A DNA stretch of 63,835 bases, filler included, from Rhabdomonas costata (Eukaryota), in NCBI GenBank assembly GCA_019059605.1. It is 49 parts of 49 records of this genome, joined end to end, with 100 filler letters (N's around TTAATTAATTAA, not from the genome) between each part and the next. Parts side by side here need not be neighbours in the genome. Positions count along the whole stretch, not along the records: positions 10,443 to 11,652 come from JAHMHO010023666.1; positions 11,753 to 12,957 come from JAHMHO010023667.1; positions 13,058 to 14,262 come from JAHMHO010023668.1; positions 14,363 to 15,567 come from JAHMHO010023669.1; positions 15,668 to 16,872 come from JAHMHO010023670.1; positions 16,973 to 18,172 come from JAHMHO010023671.1; positions 18,273 to 19,477 come from JAHMHO010023672.1; positions 19,578 to 20,782 come from JAHMHO010023673.1; 41 more parts are not named here. One strand, given 5' to 3'. A model generated the notes under the pieces. That model had not been told where the DNA came from, searched no databases, and was given only the letters and a program-made list of their open reading frames with translations. The position numbers and the translations under genes were made by a program. Shown here piece after piece: positions 11,648 through 22,966 of this stretch (positions are counted from its first letter, which is position 1; every line of letters begins with the position of its first letter).

Positions 11648-13097
11648 AAAAANNNNNNNNNNNNNNNNNNNNNNNNNNNNNNNNNNNNNNNNNNNNTTAA
11701 TTAATTAANNNNNNNNNNNNNNNNNNNNNNNNNNNNNNNNNNNNNNNNNNNNGGGGGTTGGGGGGTGCAGCGTAATCGCGCATGTTGCCCCACCGATCTT
11801 CACAGGGGAGCCACAGAAGAAAACGTGAGCGCACGGAAGACAGCACTTCACGACATCAGCGGCAAAACCTCAGGTGCTTGTCAGGGCAGTTGTGGCCCTT
11901 GAGGCACTCCCCTTTGAGGTGCATCCGGCAGATCTGTGGATGAGTGGAATGTAACGGCAGCCACACCCACACCTACTCACAACCAACAACGTATCACAAC
12001 AATTTCCAGATCAACAAACACATGACAGTTGCCAAGCCGAGCCAAGGCACGCTGCATCACCAGCCAAAGCGACGGTAAACTGCAATATTTTCTAAAGCAG
12101 GTCGAAAAAACATGAAGCAATGATCCCCAAACCCGGTTAATGCCAACCATTGAGCAACTTTCACCCGTCAGCACTTTCGGTGACAAGCAATAAGGCCACA
12201 ACAAACCTTCCAGCCAATCCCTTGCAAGGGTTCCGTCGGAGAAGCAGAGAAACCACACATTCTTCTTACAAATACGAGGACACAGGGGGGATGAGCGTGC
12301 GTGGCTTTGCAGGCAGGGGGGTAGGAGAAGGGGATCTGCCTCTCGGGTATCTCGGGTGTAGTCATCCTCCGCGTCGAGCTTCTTGAGGTGAGGCTCGAAG
12401 TGGAAGGTGTTGGGGATGCTGGGCTCGAAGTACATCTCTCACACGGCAGCGGCTTTCCGCTTGAGGAGTAACGCCTTGGCACAACCAGAGTCGAAAGGCT
12501 ATCGATGCCGCATTTTGTAGCGAGCAAAAAACGAAGTGAAGGTGAGGCTGAGAAGACTCCACAGTGTCCATGTAGTCCATAATGATGGGAAACACAAATT
12601 TCCGCATAAGTGCATCCCCCCTCCTCCCAACCCGCTGTGACCCGCGCGTGCAAGTCTCCTCCACACGAAAGTTCCAAGACATGTTGGACAATGTTTCAGG
12701 AAGCACGTGTATCGCTAACCTAACCCCTTTCAAAAATTCTATTGGAAGGGAGCAGTAAAAGCACTGGTTCACAGCTCAGAAAGGGTGGACTTTCCGAAAG
12801 GTTTTCGTCCTTCAGGTGAAGCCCTGCATTGTGGTCGAAATGTTTTTCTGCCCTGACCCTTATCCAAAGGGAGGCCCCCTGGGTAAAGGCACGCCATTTT
12901 CCACCAGCGCAGCATTAGATAACTCAGGTCAAAATGTAAAATTTGGTCCAAAAAACANNNNNNNNNNNNNNNNNNNNNNNNNNNNNNNNNNNNNNNNNNN
13001 NTTAATTAATTAANNNNNNNNNNNNNNNNNNNNNNNNNNNNNNNNNNNNNNNNNNNNAGGCTCTGTCATGTTTATAATCTATATTGAGAAAATATTT

Positions 13098-14262
13098 TTA
13101 ACTTACAAGTTCCATGTTAATACATTTCTCTGAATCGAACGTCATTTTTAGATTTTCGTCATACAGAGCCACTGTTAAAAGTTGAGATACTCCAGAGGAA
13201 TAAGAAGTTCCAAGATTAATTTGAACTTGTAAATTTTCACTATAAGTAGTTGCATCACTGTTCACGCGATAACACCAGATAGGCTCTCGGATATACTGTT
13301 GGATGCTTAAGACGTTCCCAGATCTATCGAATTTCGCAAGTGAATTCCCCAAGAAGTCGTTAAAGCATCTTATCAGATCCTTTGAATCATATATTACATT
13401 GTTTGCTGGTGTTGCAGGAACTGACAAATCCAAAGTATAATCAACATTGGGGTAATTTTTGTCTAACATAAAACGTATCATTTGTAAATTGGTTATGGCA
13501 TCGTTCGTTACTTTCGTTTCGTAATCAGTAGAAACTCCAGTAGCAGCACCAGTAGCACCAGCATAACCACTGCTGAAGTCATTTGAAGATGCTTTAATAG
13601 ATCCTAAAGTTGCAGGATTTGTTCCTCGTTTAGTTTGAAGGAAGCATGCAAGTAGATGTGTTACATTACGACCACCATTGGGAAGGGTTAGCGTAAAACT
13701 CTCATTTGTAGATGTGATTGTGTGTATTTGAGAGAAATATTGTTTTAGCGGAATCTCATATACCATGTTAACAATTGATGGTAATGTGCAGTAATACAAC
13801 CAAAGCGTGATATCACTAATTCCGATTCCAATTGAGTTTGCTACAGCATTTGCACCATTCACGAGCGGAACACCACCACCAGAAGGAAATTTTCCAACAC
13901 AACTTATGATCTCATAGATCCAATTGGGATTTACATTAAAATCAATTTCTACCTTGCAATGGCTTGGTATCATTTTATCTGATTGAAAAAGAGGAAAAGG
14001 AAGAGCCCAGCATAGTGATTGTTCATTAACTTTATCAAACATAAGCTGGCATTTTTTAGCATATGTAGAACGATCTTCAGCTATGCTCTGACAGAAAATA
14101 GGATTTGAAGAGTCTACGGTCTCCATCATTGAGCGAGTATCAAATGTCGTTCTAAATAAAGTATTTGTTGCTGGGAGCTCATTCATATTAGAGATTAATC
14201 TATCATTAACAAGGCATTTGCCAGTGCTAAACAAGACTGAAACTGGATTTTTAACCAAAACC
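13098..14262 (-). CDS. Double-jelly-roll major capsid protein of a Polinton/Maverick or Polinton-like virus (5'-truncated by the contig end)
   Basis: This is the only long intronless ORF in the window (386 aa) and is AT-rich, unlike host exons. Colinear motifs NPVSVLFSTGKCLVNDRLIS, PLFQSDKMIP..CKVEIDF, LQMIRFMLDKNYP, DLIRCFNDFL, GNVLSIQQY...IWCYRV, NLQVQINL and LLTVALYDENLKMTFD parallel Polinton MCP consensus blocks. Confidence 0.8.
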
Positions 14263-14362
14263 NNNNNNNNNNNNNNNNNNNNNNNNNNNNNNNNNNNNNN
14301 NNNNNNTTAATTAATTAANNNNNNNNNNNNNNNNNNNNNNNNNNNNNNNNNNNNNNNNNNNN

Positions 14363-15010
14363 GCCAAAGTTCAAGTAGAAATGACTATACTCGATTTTTA
14401 ATTTTGGAGCACTGTTGATTGCTACCTCTGCAAGAACAAGCAATTATGGAACTTTGCCTCTGTAATTGTCAACAACAACGTCCACAACACTTGCATCAAT
14501 GTCTGATTTGTCCTCTATGCCTGTCCTTAGTCTATTTGTGATACAACGACGATACTATGAGCTGAACTTCCAGAAACTTCATCATTTCTTTCCAAAAAGA
14601 GATAAACAACGAGTCACTATAACTCACAATGGACATTTTGAATCCGCAAAAATGCACCACTTCCCACTAAAACACCTCTGCTATCTGCGCTGCGTTCATT
14701 GCACTGTGAGACGGAATCAACACACTTGCTGGTAACGACATAAAGTCCACTGACACTGAATCCAACTTTTGTACATGGATCTCCAAATTCTTCAAGTGTC
14801 ACATCGGCAAGTGGTTGTCTGTCTTTCCACTCTTGCAGATATCACAAGTCAAAACGTAATAAATTACTTTCCTCTTTGTGTTCATGAAGGTAAACATCCT
14901 CTTCAGCATCCTGATGTCCTTGTCACTCCAACATGGCATTCGTCTGAGTAATTGTGATATCTCAAAATTAAGTCCTTCTATCTAGTCATGGCACTGCAAT
15001 CTTTACATCA
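14363..15010 (-). mobile_element. Decayed Ty3/Gypsy integrase (HHCC zinc domain plus DDE core)
   Basis: The minus strand gives ILRYHNYSDECHVGVTRT...YYVLTCDICK, then SVDF, AAQIAEVF*WEVVHFCGFKMSIVSYSDSLFISFWKEMM, SSLYHK*T, GQA*RTNQTLMQVL and LAEVAINSA...SHFYLNFG. It has many stops and frameshifts. Confidence 0.85.
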
Positions 15011-15667
15011 TCCCAAATCAGACCATGGTGACTCTTTACCTTATTCGTCTATTCGTCACTGCGTCAAAATATTTTCTCCGAACCTATGAGTCTAACCAAT
15101 GGTTCTCCACAAATATTCCGGAGGTATCAATTTCAAGGGCGCACGAATCACTATTAATGGCGCACACAGCTGGAAGTGAAAGTGCAGCCTCATTGACTCA
15201 GCCTCATCAACGTGTACAGTTTTCTTCCACTCTACATCATCTCTTTCAACATCCTCTAAGACTGACAACTCTTCGCCTTATCTACGCGGTTTGTTTGGGT
15301 GATTAAGATCACTGAAAGTTTCCTGAAGCACTTCTAGGTGCCTCATAAAGCGGACGGTATTGCTGCAGTTACTATGACCGGCCAGAGTCTGTGATTGGGA
15401 TTGACTCAATAATAATGGAAAAGCCATTATCTATAGAATTTGCGAAGGTGTTGTGATTTTTCAGTTGTTATTTTTCTGTTTAAAATTGACAGCATCACAA
15501 GAATATTATTCTTTCTGTGATGCTGTCAATTTTAAACAGCAAAATAACAACTGAAAAACCACCACACNNNNNNNNNNNNNNNNNNNNNNNNNNNNNNNNN
15601 NNNNNNNNNNNTTAATTAATTAANNNNNNNNNNNNNNNNNNNNNNNNNNNNNNNNNNNNNNNNNNNN

Positions 15668-15755
15668 GTGTGTGTGTGAGTGAGTGAGTGAGTGAGTGAG
15701 TGAGTGAGTGAGTGAGTGAGTGAGTGAGTGAGTGAGTGAGTGAGTGTATGTGTGT
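15668..15755 (+). repeat. (TGAG)n microsatellite with TG flanks
   Basis: About 17 perfect TGAG units are directly visible. Confidence 0.95.
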
Positions 15756-16000
15756 GGAAACGGATTCCGCTGGTAACGGTCAACAGTGGTAATCATTCGC
15801 AGTTTTTTTTTGTAAATTAACTACAAAACGGTCACATAAAACACATGACATATCGAGCAAATGCATTCGTGTGTGATTTCACTTGCCTCTCAACTGGCAC
15901 AAGAGTGTGGGGAGTTGATGCGCACCACCACTGACTGTGGTCAACGGGTGATGCTGAATGCAACAGCTCCCCGCAAAACGTTGTCTGCTGCAACACATAC

Positions 16001-16872
16001 CTGAGCTTCCGATGACGGCGGGTCTGGGGCACCTTCCTCTTCCCGCACCGCAGCGTCAACCAGCAGACGAAGGCGCTCGGTGATCCTCTTCACCACAGGC
16101 ATAGTAGGCCGACGAGAGGCTCCCTCCGCAGGGGCACTAGCCGCGGGGTTGGTGGTAGCCGGTGTTTCCAAAGCAGAAGAGGGCTGGAGCTGTCCAGGCG
16201 AGGGGGGGCTTTCCTCTGCAGCCTCTGCAGCAGCGGTGGAGTGGAAGGCGGGAAGCTCGGGATCCGTCCACGCCGCGGCAAAATTCAGGCCATGGCGGAG
16301 AACTCCAAGGAGGAGATCCCGATCGTGCGCCGGGGTCCACCATTCCGCCGGCCTTTTCTTGTTCATCTGAAGAAAGCGCGTACAAGCACAAAACCATTTA
16401 TGGAAGGACAAAAAGGAGCCGGTTCAGAAGCAAGTTTGAGTTTAGAAGGACACAGTCTGCAACAAAAATGCGCCAAACATGCCAAATAAATTCATTTCAA
16501 CTTCAGAGGGGGGGGCTGTTACATGATGAGCGTTTGGCAGTGAAACGATTCTATTTGATGTTCACTTTCGTGGATGAGTGGAACAGCGCACGATTGAACG
16601 AAAAGGATGAAAGAGAATTTATTCTCTTGCCCGCAGTGTTTTCCGGCGCCTTTCTGTCCCCAGGGTTGAGGACTGGGGCGACATATGGAATGGAAAAAGG
16701 CGTGACGCCGCGCAGGCACCAGCTTCCAGGTAAGAATCCTGCACCGCAGCTTGCAGTCGTCGTGCTCGCCCGCGGGGCTTCCGCTGCAGCACTGCGCAAC
16801 CGCGGGGCCCACCCTGGCTTGGAACTGCTCCACCAGAGCCACCGCCGCCCGCACGGCCTGTGCCACAACACC
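16001..16872 (-). CDS. CHD-family (CHD6-9/Kismet-like) chromatin remodeller, C-terminal SANT/SLIDE-like region
   Basis: Exon 16366-16001 (cag / gtatgt) encodes PAEWWTPAHDRDLLLGVLRHGLNFAAAWTDPELPAF, matching the CHD WW...HD.DLL.G..+HG...DP.L.F motif. A probable upstream exon lies near 16740-16872. Confidence 0.7.
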
Positions 16873-18050
16873 NNNNNNNNNNNNNNNNNNNNNNNNNNNN
16901 NNNNNNNNNNNNNNNNTTAATTAATTAANNNNNNNNNNNNNNNNNNNNNNNNNNNNNNNNNNNNNNNNNNNNGTTGCGCGTCACTTGCCCTTGCCCTTGA
17001 GCACACATTGGTTCCGATGGAATGGGTGTTGATTGCTCTTCTTTTCTTGGCAGCTTTGTTCCTTTTTCTGTCCTTTTTTGGGGGGGGGGTGTTTGTGCGC
17101 GGCACAGGAACTGAGTTATGAAACGACTGAAACGCCACAAAAGGACAATTTACACTTTTTGATGCATGGTCTGAAGTTTGCACTAACACTCTCTCCTCGT
17201 CATTCATCCGTAATTCTTATTTGCTCTTATTTTGGCACGGGGTGCAGGGGTACGGCAGGTGCTATTTGAGAATGCCAAGATATAAAACGGGAGTGGCCGT
17301 ATTGTTGCAATGGGTATCCTGCAAACTACAAAGTCAAAGTTGTCGGAGGATTCATGTCTTGAAGCGCGGTCAGCAAGGCTTGTTTGACGTGACCCGACGT
17401 TGACCCGACCAAGGTTTCCCTTATCCCGGGAGAGCATCCTCAAAGGAAAAAGGCTATAATCAAAAACCAGGTTCTTTGGTTATAATAAACCGTTTTTTGT
17501 TTTTATCGGTCGGACAAAGCAGGTTTTTTTTAAAGCCCTGCCCGCTGCTGGTAAATCCCTTCCGCCTTCGGTTTTGATGAGAGGGATAAAAGGAAGAAAA
17601 AGAGAAACACCTCCATTTTCGAAAGCTTTCATCCCTGAACAACCTCGGAATTAAGCGGCGATTTGGCAAAACTTAGAGACAACTGAAAAAACGCACAAGA
17701 AGCTAAGGTTCAAACACAGCCACAAATTTTCCCCACCTGTGGGTGGGTGGGTGGATAAGCGGGTGTGCATCTGTGTGGGCAGCACTTGATTGCCATGTTT
17801 CTCCCACCTGCACCGGTCTCTTGTTTTGTCATTCTATTCGGTCTCTTCAGTTTCTTGTGTCGCTAATTATCTTCGGAGGAGCGAATCTCGGAATTCAGTG
17901 ACTGCGCCTCTGCGGCTGTCCTTGTGGGTTTTGCTTGTTATGTGCTTGATCAACGGACATGTTATTTTTTCAGCAATCAAGTTGTTGCTATGCAATTGAG
18001 GGCCAAGCCACTTTTATTCTTTTGTTTGCTTGTTGCAGGAAAGCCAAGGA

Positions 18051-18162
18051 GGGCTAAGCCGAAGCAGGCCTGGGGTCTTTTGTATATACAGCAGGCCTCC
18101 CGAAACGCTACGTGGCCGGTCCTTGGGGTCAGGAGAGTCCCGACCTTTCACCCTCGGCCGGT
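18051..18162. repeat. Dispersed repeat, copy 1 (three conserved blocks shared with 49031-49128)
   Basis: GGGCTAAGCCGAAGCAGGCCTGGGGTCTT, TCCTTGGGGTCAGG and CCCTCGGCCGGT recur in the same order in another contig. Confidence 0.75.
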
Positions 18163-18280
18163 GACGGTGCCCNNNNNNNNNNNNNNNNNNNNNNNNNNNN
18201 NNNNNNNNNNNNNNNNTTAATTAATTAANNNNNNNNNNNNNNNNNNNNNNNNNNNNNNNNNNNNNNNNNNNNTTGTGTTG

Positions 18281-19346
18281 GGACTCCCCGTCGATCGCGG
18301 CAGCCGCGGCCTGGGCCTTGGCTTCGGCCTTGCTTGCCCCTGTTGACTCAATCGCGGCCGACTCGGCCTGGTACTGCAGCAGCACCAGCCTTTCCTTCTC
18401 CGCCTGTGCAGCAGGTGCGCGGCTAATGGGCGGGACAGCCTTCAACACAAACACTGCCGACTGAGCCAAACAGGTTTCATTTGATAGGGAACAAAACGGG
18501 GCAAAATTGAATGAAACACAAACAATGCAAGGATTTTGGGTTGGGGTCAAAAAATCGCTACGCTATGGACTCTGGAATGATTACGAGTGGTTCACTTGGA
18601 CACATACACAAACATGCCCCACCTGCGCCTTGTCAGCGATGATCTGCCGCTCAAGTTCACCCTTGGCCTCCTGCTCGCGACGCTCCGCGTCGTGCCTCGC
18701 AGCCGCCTCCCTGCAAGAGCAACCCCACCACGGTCAACCGCGGTTTCGCTTTGGTGTGCGGATGCTCTCCACATTCCACCAGGATGCCGACATCGCGGGC
18801 ATTTTTGGAAGGGTGGTGGAAGGGTGGTGGAAGAACGGATTTACATGACATAAGAAACGCCATGCCATCGATCCATCCGAAACCTGATCGATCCATCCGG
18901 TGGACATGCTAAATGATCAAATAGCGGTTACAAAAGGAAAAATGGTGACATGGGAGGTCTCTCGGGCGTAGCTCGATGAATAGGGGACTTGAAATCTCCA
19001 ATGATAGTTCATTCAATTTCACTCGTGAACTTTGCCGAGGTAACAACCTTCTCATTGGAAGAGGAGAATGAAGGAAACTATACATATGAAATAGATAAAG
19101 AAAAAGAAGATACTATTACGAAAGACATGCGGTGGTTTGGGAACCGGCGCGAAAGTAATGAGCTTACTTGGGCAGGTCCGGTCGTGGGTCGAAGCAGTCA
19201 CAAAAGCACGAAAGATGAAGGAGCAGCGGCACACACTGGGATTTGGTGGTGATCTCGATGGCGAGCTGCACGGACTTCATCAGGGCATCTCGGGTCTTCG
19301 TATCCACGGGTTCCACGGATTGGATGTCCACGCTCGTGATGATCAG
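18281..19346 (-). CDS. MVP: Major vault protein, shoulder and cap-helix exons (19346-19237, 18710-18623, 18403 to the contig end)
   Basis: GT-AG splicing gives [96 protein letters not shown], the hallmark MVP sequence. Intron phases are consistent. Confidence 0.95.
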
Positions 19347-19778
19347 CTTTGAAAGAAACCCAAGGATTATCATCCACCCGTGATTTTCCTGGTTACCATA
19401 CTGGGCCGACCTGGCTTTCGCCCTCAATTGCTCAGCCAATAGTTAAAGTGGAGCATGCACCATTCCTCCAACCCCCCNNNNNNNNNNNNNNNNNNNNNNN
19501 NNNNNNNNNNNNNNNNNNNNNTTAATTAATTAANNNNNNNNNNNNNNNNNNNNNNNNNNNNNNNNNNNNNNNNNNNNAAACGATATGTCGCACAGCAAGT
19601 GGAGACTTTTTGAGAGCTGCTTCCCGCCTCTCATGAATATTAAAGGTCTAGTGGCCTTGCACACTTGTCCGGTGATGAATGGAATGGGGGGATTACTGAA
19701 AATATTTTACAAAGTGGTCCCACAAATCCCTTTCAGCGGTCTTCGACAAGTCAAGTTGGCGTGGGTGGGAATCCACAG

Positions 19779-20714
19779 TGCTGCGGGGCAGGTTGCCTGG
19801 GGTTCCATCGTTGCCTCTGACGTGCGTGCAGTTGAGCCCCACCCTCCCTTTCGGGCCTCCGTGAAGGACGGCTACGCTGTCAGAGCCGCCGATGGCCCTG
19901 GAACTTTCCCCGTGGCACAAGGTCGGCCTGCTGACTTGTGCTGGCGTCGAAAGGGTGTTGTGTACCTCTGTACCTCTTATCGGGAAAGAGCGCTTGCGGT
20001 TGGAGGTGCCATTAACCGTTTTCTTCTTTTTAGGGAACCCGTCATGCCTTCCTCCGGGACATGTTATTCGGGTTGTCACGGGAGGACCGGTGCCAGAAGG
20101 CGCTGATGCCGTGATTGACGTATGCAACCTGCCGCTTATGCGGTCATTTTTGGGAATTTGTGAAGGAAATGGTCAAAGTGGCTAGGCATGTGCGTTCTCC
20201 CGGTCTCCCGCCATTGAGCCATACTCCGCCACAATCCATGTATGAGTGAAATTCTGGCAGCTGCCTGATGGTGTCCAAAGCATACAAGATGCTCCTATCA
20301 AACCCACACCAAACACCAAATGGGCAGCAAATTTGCAGTGGTTTGGCGTCTGCTAGTCTTTTCCCCACTAAGGTTTTTGTTGTGCCAATGGGAGGAACCA
20401 ATGAGGTTGGAGGGAAGAGAATGCCAATAATGCCTGGTGCGTGCTCCGATCACTCGGAGAAGACGCTTGCCTTTTGAAGACAACAATTTATCGTGTCATT
20501 GGTAGGTCAGATTCTTCAGAACTCAGTTTTCAAACCTCCAGCACACATGTAATGTTCTGCAGTACGTTTGCGTTGCGTCACGTGTAAGTTTTGGGCCAGA
20601 ATCAGCCATCTAAAAGTTGGCTTGTGTTCTTCTTGAGTGTGGCGTCAGGTTGTCGTTTGGCCCCATGTGTGTACAGGTGGAGGACACTGAGCTCGTTGAA
20701 GCAGATGATGAGAG
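19779..20714 (+). CDS. Gephyrin/Cnx1 E-domain (MoeA family molybdopterin molybdotransferase), three exons
   Basis: The exons read IVASDVRAVEPHPPFRASVKDGYAVRAADGPG / PGHVIRVVTGGPVPEGADAVID / VEDTELVEADDE and are joined by GT-AG introns. Confidence 0.92.
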
Positions 20715-21808
20715 GTCTGTTTGCATGCTCAGTGTCCTCCACCTGTACACACATGGGGCCAAACGACAACCTGACACCACCCNNNNNNNNNNNNNNNNNN
20801 NNNNNNNNNNNNNNNNNNNNNNNNNNTTAATTAATTAANNNNNNNNNNNNNNNNNNNNNNNNNNNNNNNNNNNNNNNNNNNNGTGGTTTTGTATGAATTT
20901 CAAGTACACAACAAGTTGGTTGCCGAAGTCCTGGCTGCATTTTCCAAGGTTTCTTTTCCGTACTCGCAACAACACCAGCATCTCGAGCAGTGGATGCGAT
21001 ACATTTCTTCTCCGGGCCACCCGCGGAAACCAACTTGTTGTGTACTTGAAATTCATACAAAATCACTGGAATCATCCGGGAAACAGTCTGTAAGTTTCTG
21101 TTTAGGATTGCGCGGAACAGGAAGGCGGTTCTTTGCTGCGTTCTCCTTTGCTATCGCGCAGTGGTTTCGATCGGGAATAGGAGCGCCGGATTCGGCGACC
21201 CTTCTTCAGATGACCACCTTCGCTCCTGGTTTACAGGTCTGCTTCCACAGCGGTTCGGAAACCGCCCCATGGGAGCTCTTTTTTCCAACTGACCCCTGGG
21301 TAGCTGCTGCTTGCACAAGGAAGTTCTGAGCTCCCATGTCGGGGTTGTTTCCATTTGCTTTGCAGTATTAAACATTCCTTGTGTGCAAATCAGTTAGGCT
21401 GCCACGCACATCCGCCTCAACGAGCACAAGACAGTGCTGTCGGTGGAGAGGCTGTAGCCTGCCAGAGACAGGCGCGCGCGCAAAGGAGGAACGTGGTGTG
21501 TTCCATCTGAGGAGAAGAGGGAGTGCAAGCGTGTAGGCGGTTTCGCCTCAACGTTGTTTTCCAACGATCTAGCTTTGACAGCGCTGGATTCGTGCCCCAA
21601 GCCAATGGGGAAGGGATGGCCCGGTTGCCAATGATTAAGACATTTTGTAATTTCAACGGACGGCGCCGGGAAGGGCTTATTGCTGACCGCAGAACTCCTT
21701 CGCGTCTTGCGATCCAGTTTCGGTTTCCTTTGCTTTCTTCTTCCCACTCTCTGTCTCTTTGACATTTGTGTCGGTGTCCGCTTGCCCCACTCCGGTGTGA
21801 AAGTCGGA

Positions 21809-21907
21809 ATGGACCCCGAGGTGGACCCCCCGACCAGCAAGGAGGACAAGGAGGAGAGGAAGCGCAAGAAGCGCGCCCGCGCGGAGATGGAAGCCGCGGC
21901 AGCCGAG
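21809..21907 (+). CDS. Probable first exon of an unknown protein with a basic NLS-like stretch
   Basis: ATG DPEVDPPTSKEDKEERKRKKRARAEMEAAAAE with GC-ending codons, followed by the donor gtaacg. Confidence 0.5.
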
Positions 21908-22966
21908 GTAACGCACCTGTCGGAGGAGTGAGGTGGGAGTGAGCGGCCTCCCGATTGACCTTGGGATTGTGAGGTTGGTAATGACAACAGTCACAACGGA
22001 AAACAGAGTTGTTTTGTGAAGTTTAACTTGACGGTTGACACATTGTGCCAGCACCCTTGATGTGAATTTGTTTTAGTGGGAGGGGGNNNNNNNNNNNNNN
22101 NNNNNNNNNNNNNNNNNNNNNNNNNNNNNNTTAATTAATTAANNNNNNNNNNNNNNNNNNNNNNNNNNNNNNNNNNNNNNNNNNNNTTGCTGTGTGGCAA
22201 ACTGTGCTGCCACTGTGTGGACGTTTCATTACATCGTTCCCTCTCAAAGCTGCGGAGTTCCCAAAACATGCGCACCCTGCTGAGCTGGTCGCGCAACGGC
22301 AACTGCGTCCACCGCTTTCGAAGGATATGGTACCTTCGACTGTTCATTAAGGGTCAACGGTAAAATCTGCACGAAAATCAAAGGCGAGGAGCTTTGTTTC
22401 TCGCGAGCAGTGACTCCAGTTGGAAGAAGCGTGGGGAAGCCCTCGATACGCACGGGACACTGCTGCAATGTCGGCACAGCTGCGGTGAAGCCTCTCTTCC
22501 AAACACTAGCACGACAGCAGCAGCCAACGGCCTTCCAACGTCACGGTGCGTGCTTGCTTAAAAAAAATACACCTCTGAAGCCAACTGAGGAGGGTGCTGA
22601 GCTGCTTTGTTTCCGTCAGATCTAACTCAAATGGGCTGTTGCACACTGTTGTTGTTGAGTGCTGAACTCGAAGATGTCTGAGGAAAAGTGGGCGCTAAAA
22701 ACACAGCTGTACTTGAGTCGGCCACCACGCCCTAAAATATAAAATTGTTCTGCATCGCGATTGTGTGCACAAGAAAGTCAAACCAGGGGGGTGGGGAGAT
22801 GTCAGCTGTGGGTGAGTGCATTCTGTGGTCTGGCGTCACTTTTCTTTAGACGTCTGAAGAGCACTGCCCTTTCGAAAAGAATCAAGAGCGCTTTGGGGGG
22901 TTTTTTCTATCCTCTGGGCCTCCCTTTGGTCGAGAGAGAGAGAGAGCGAGGGGCAGCTGAGGGAAA

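Noticed and set aside
15448-15567. Inverted repeat of about 43 bp next to the Gypsy relic
   Set aside because: The outer arm ends at the contig terminus in a primer-like tail, so it is most likely a fold-back chimera.
13058-15567. Capsid gene adjacent to an integrase as a single Polinton locus
   Set aside because: They are separate contigs joined by the linker, and the integrase is a decayed Gypsy type with an HHCC domain. The adjacency is accidental.
15668-15755. (TGAG)n as a telomere
   Set aside because: It is a tetranucleotide microsatellite next to a CHD exon, probably intronic, and is not a known telomeric unit.
16162-16920. 252-aa plus-strand ORF and most other short ORFs in the track
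   Set aside because: They are antisense or off-frame shadows of GC-rich exons, or they run through introns and Ns, and they have no recognisable motifs.
20883-21066. 43-bp inverted repeats about 100 bp apart, resembling MITE TIRs
   Set aside because: The left arm begins at the first base of the contig, and the right arm lies within apparent exon sequence. No flank is available to show a TSD.
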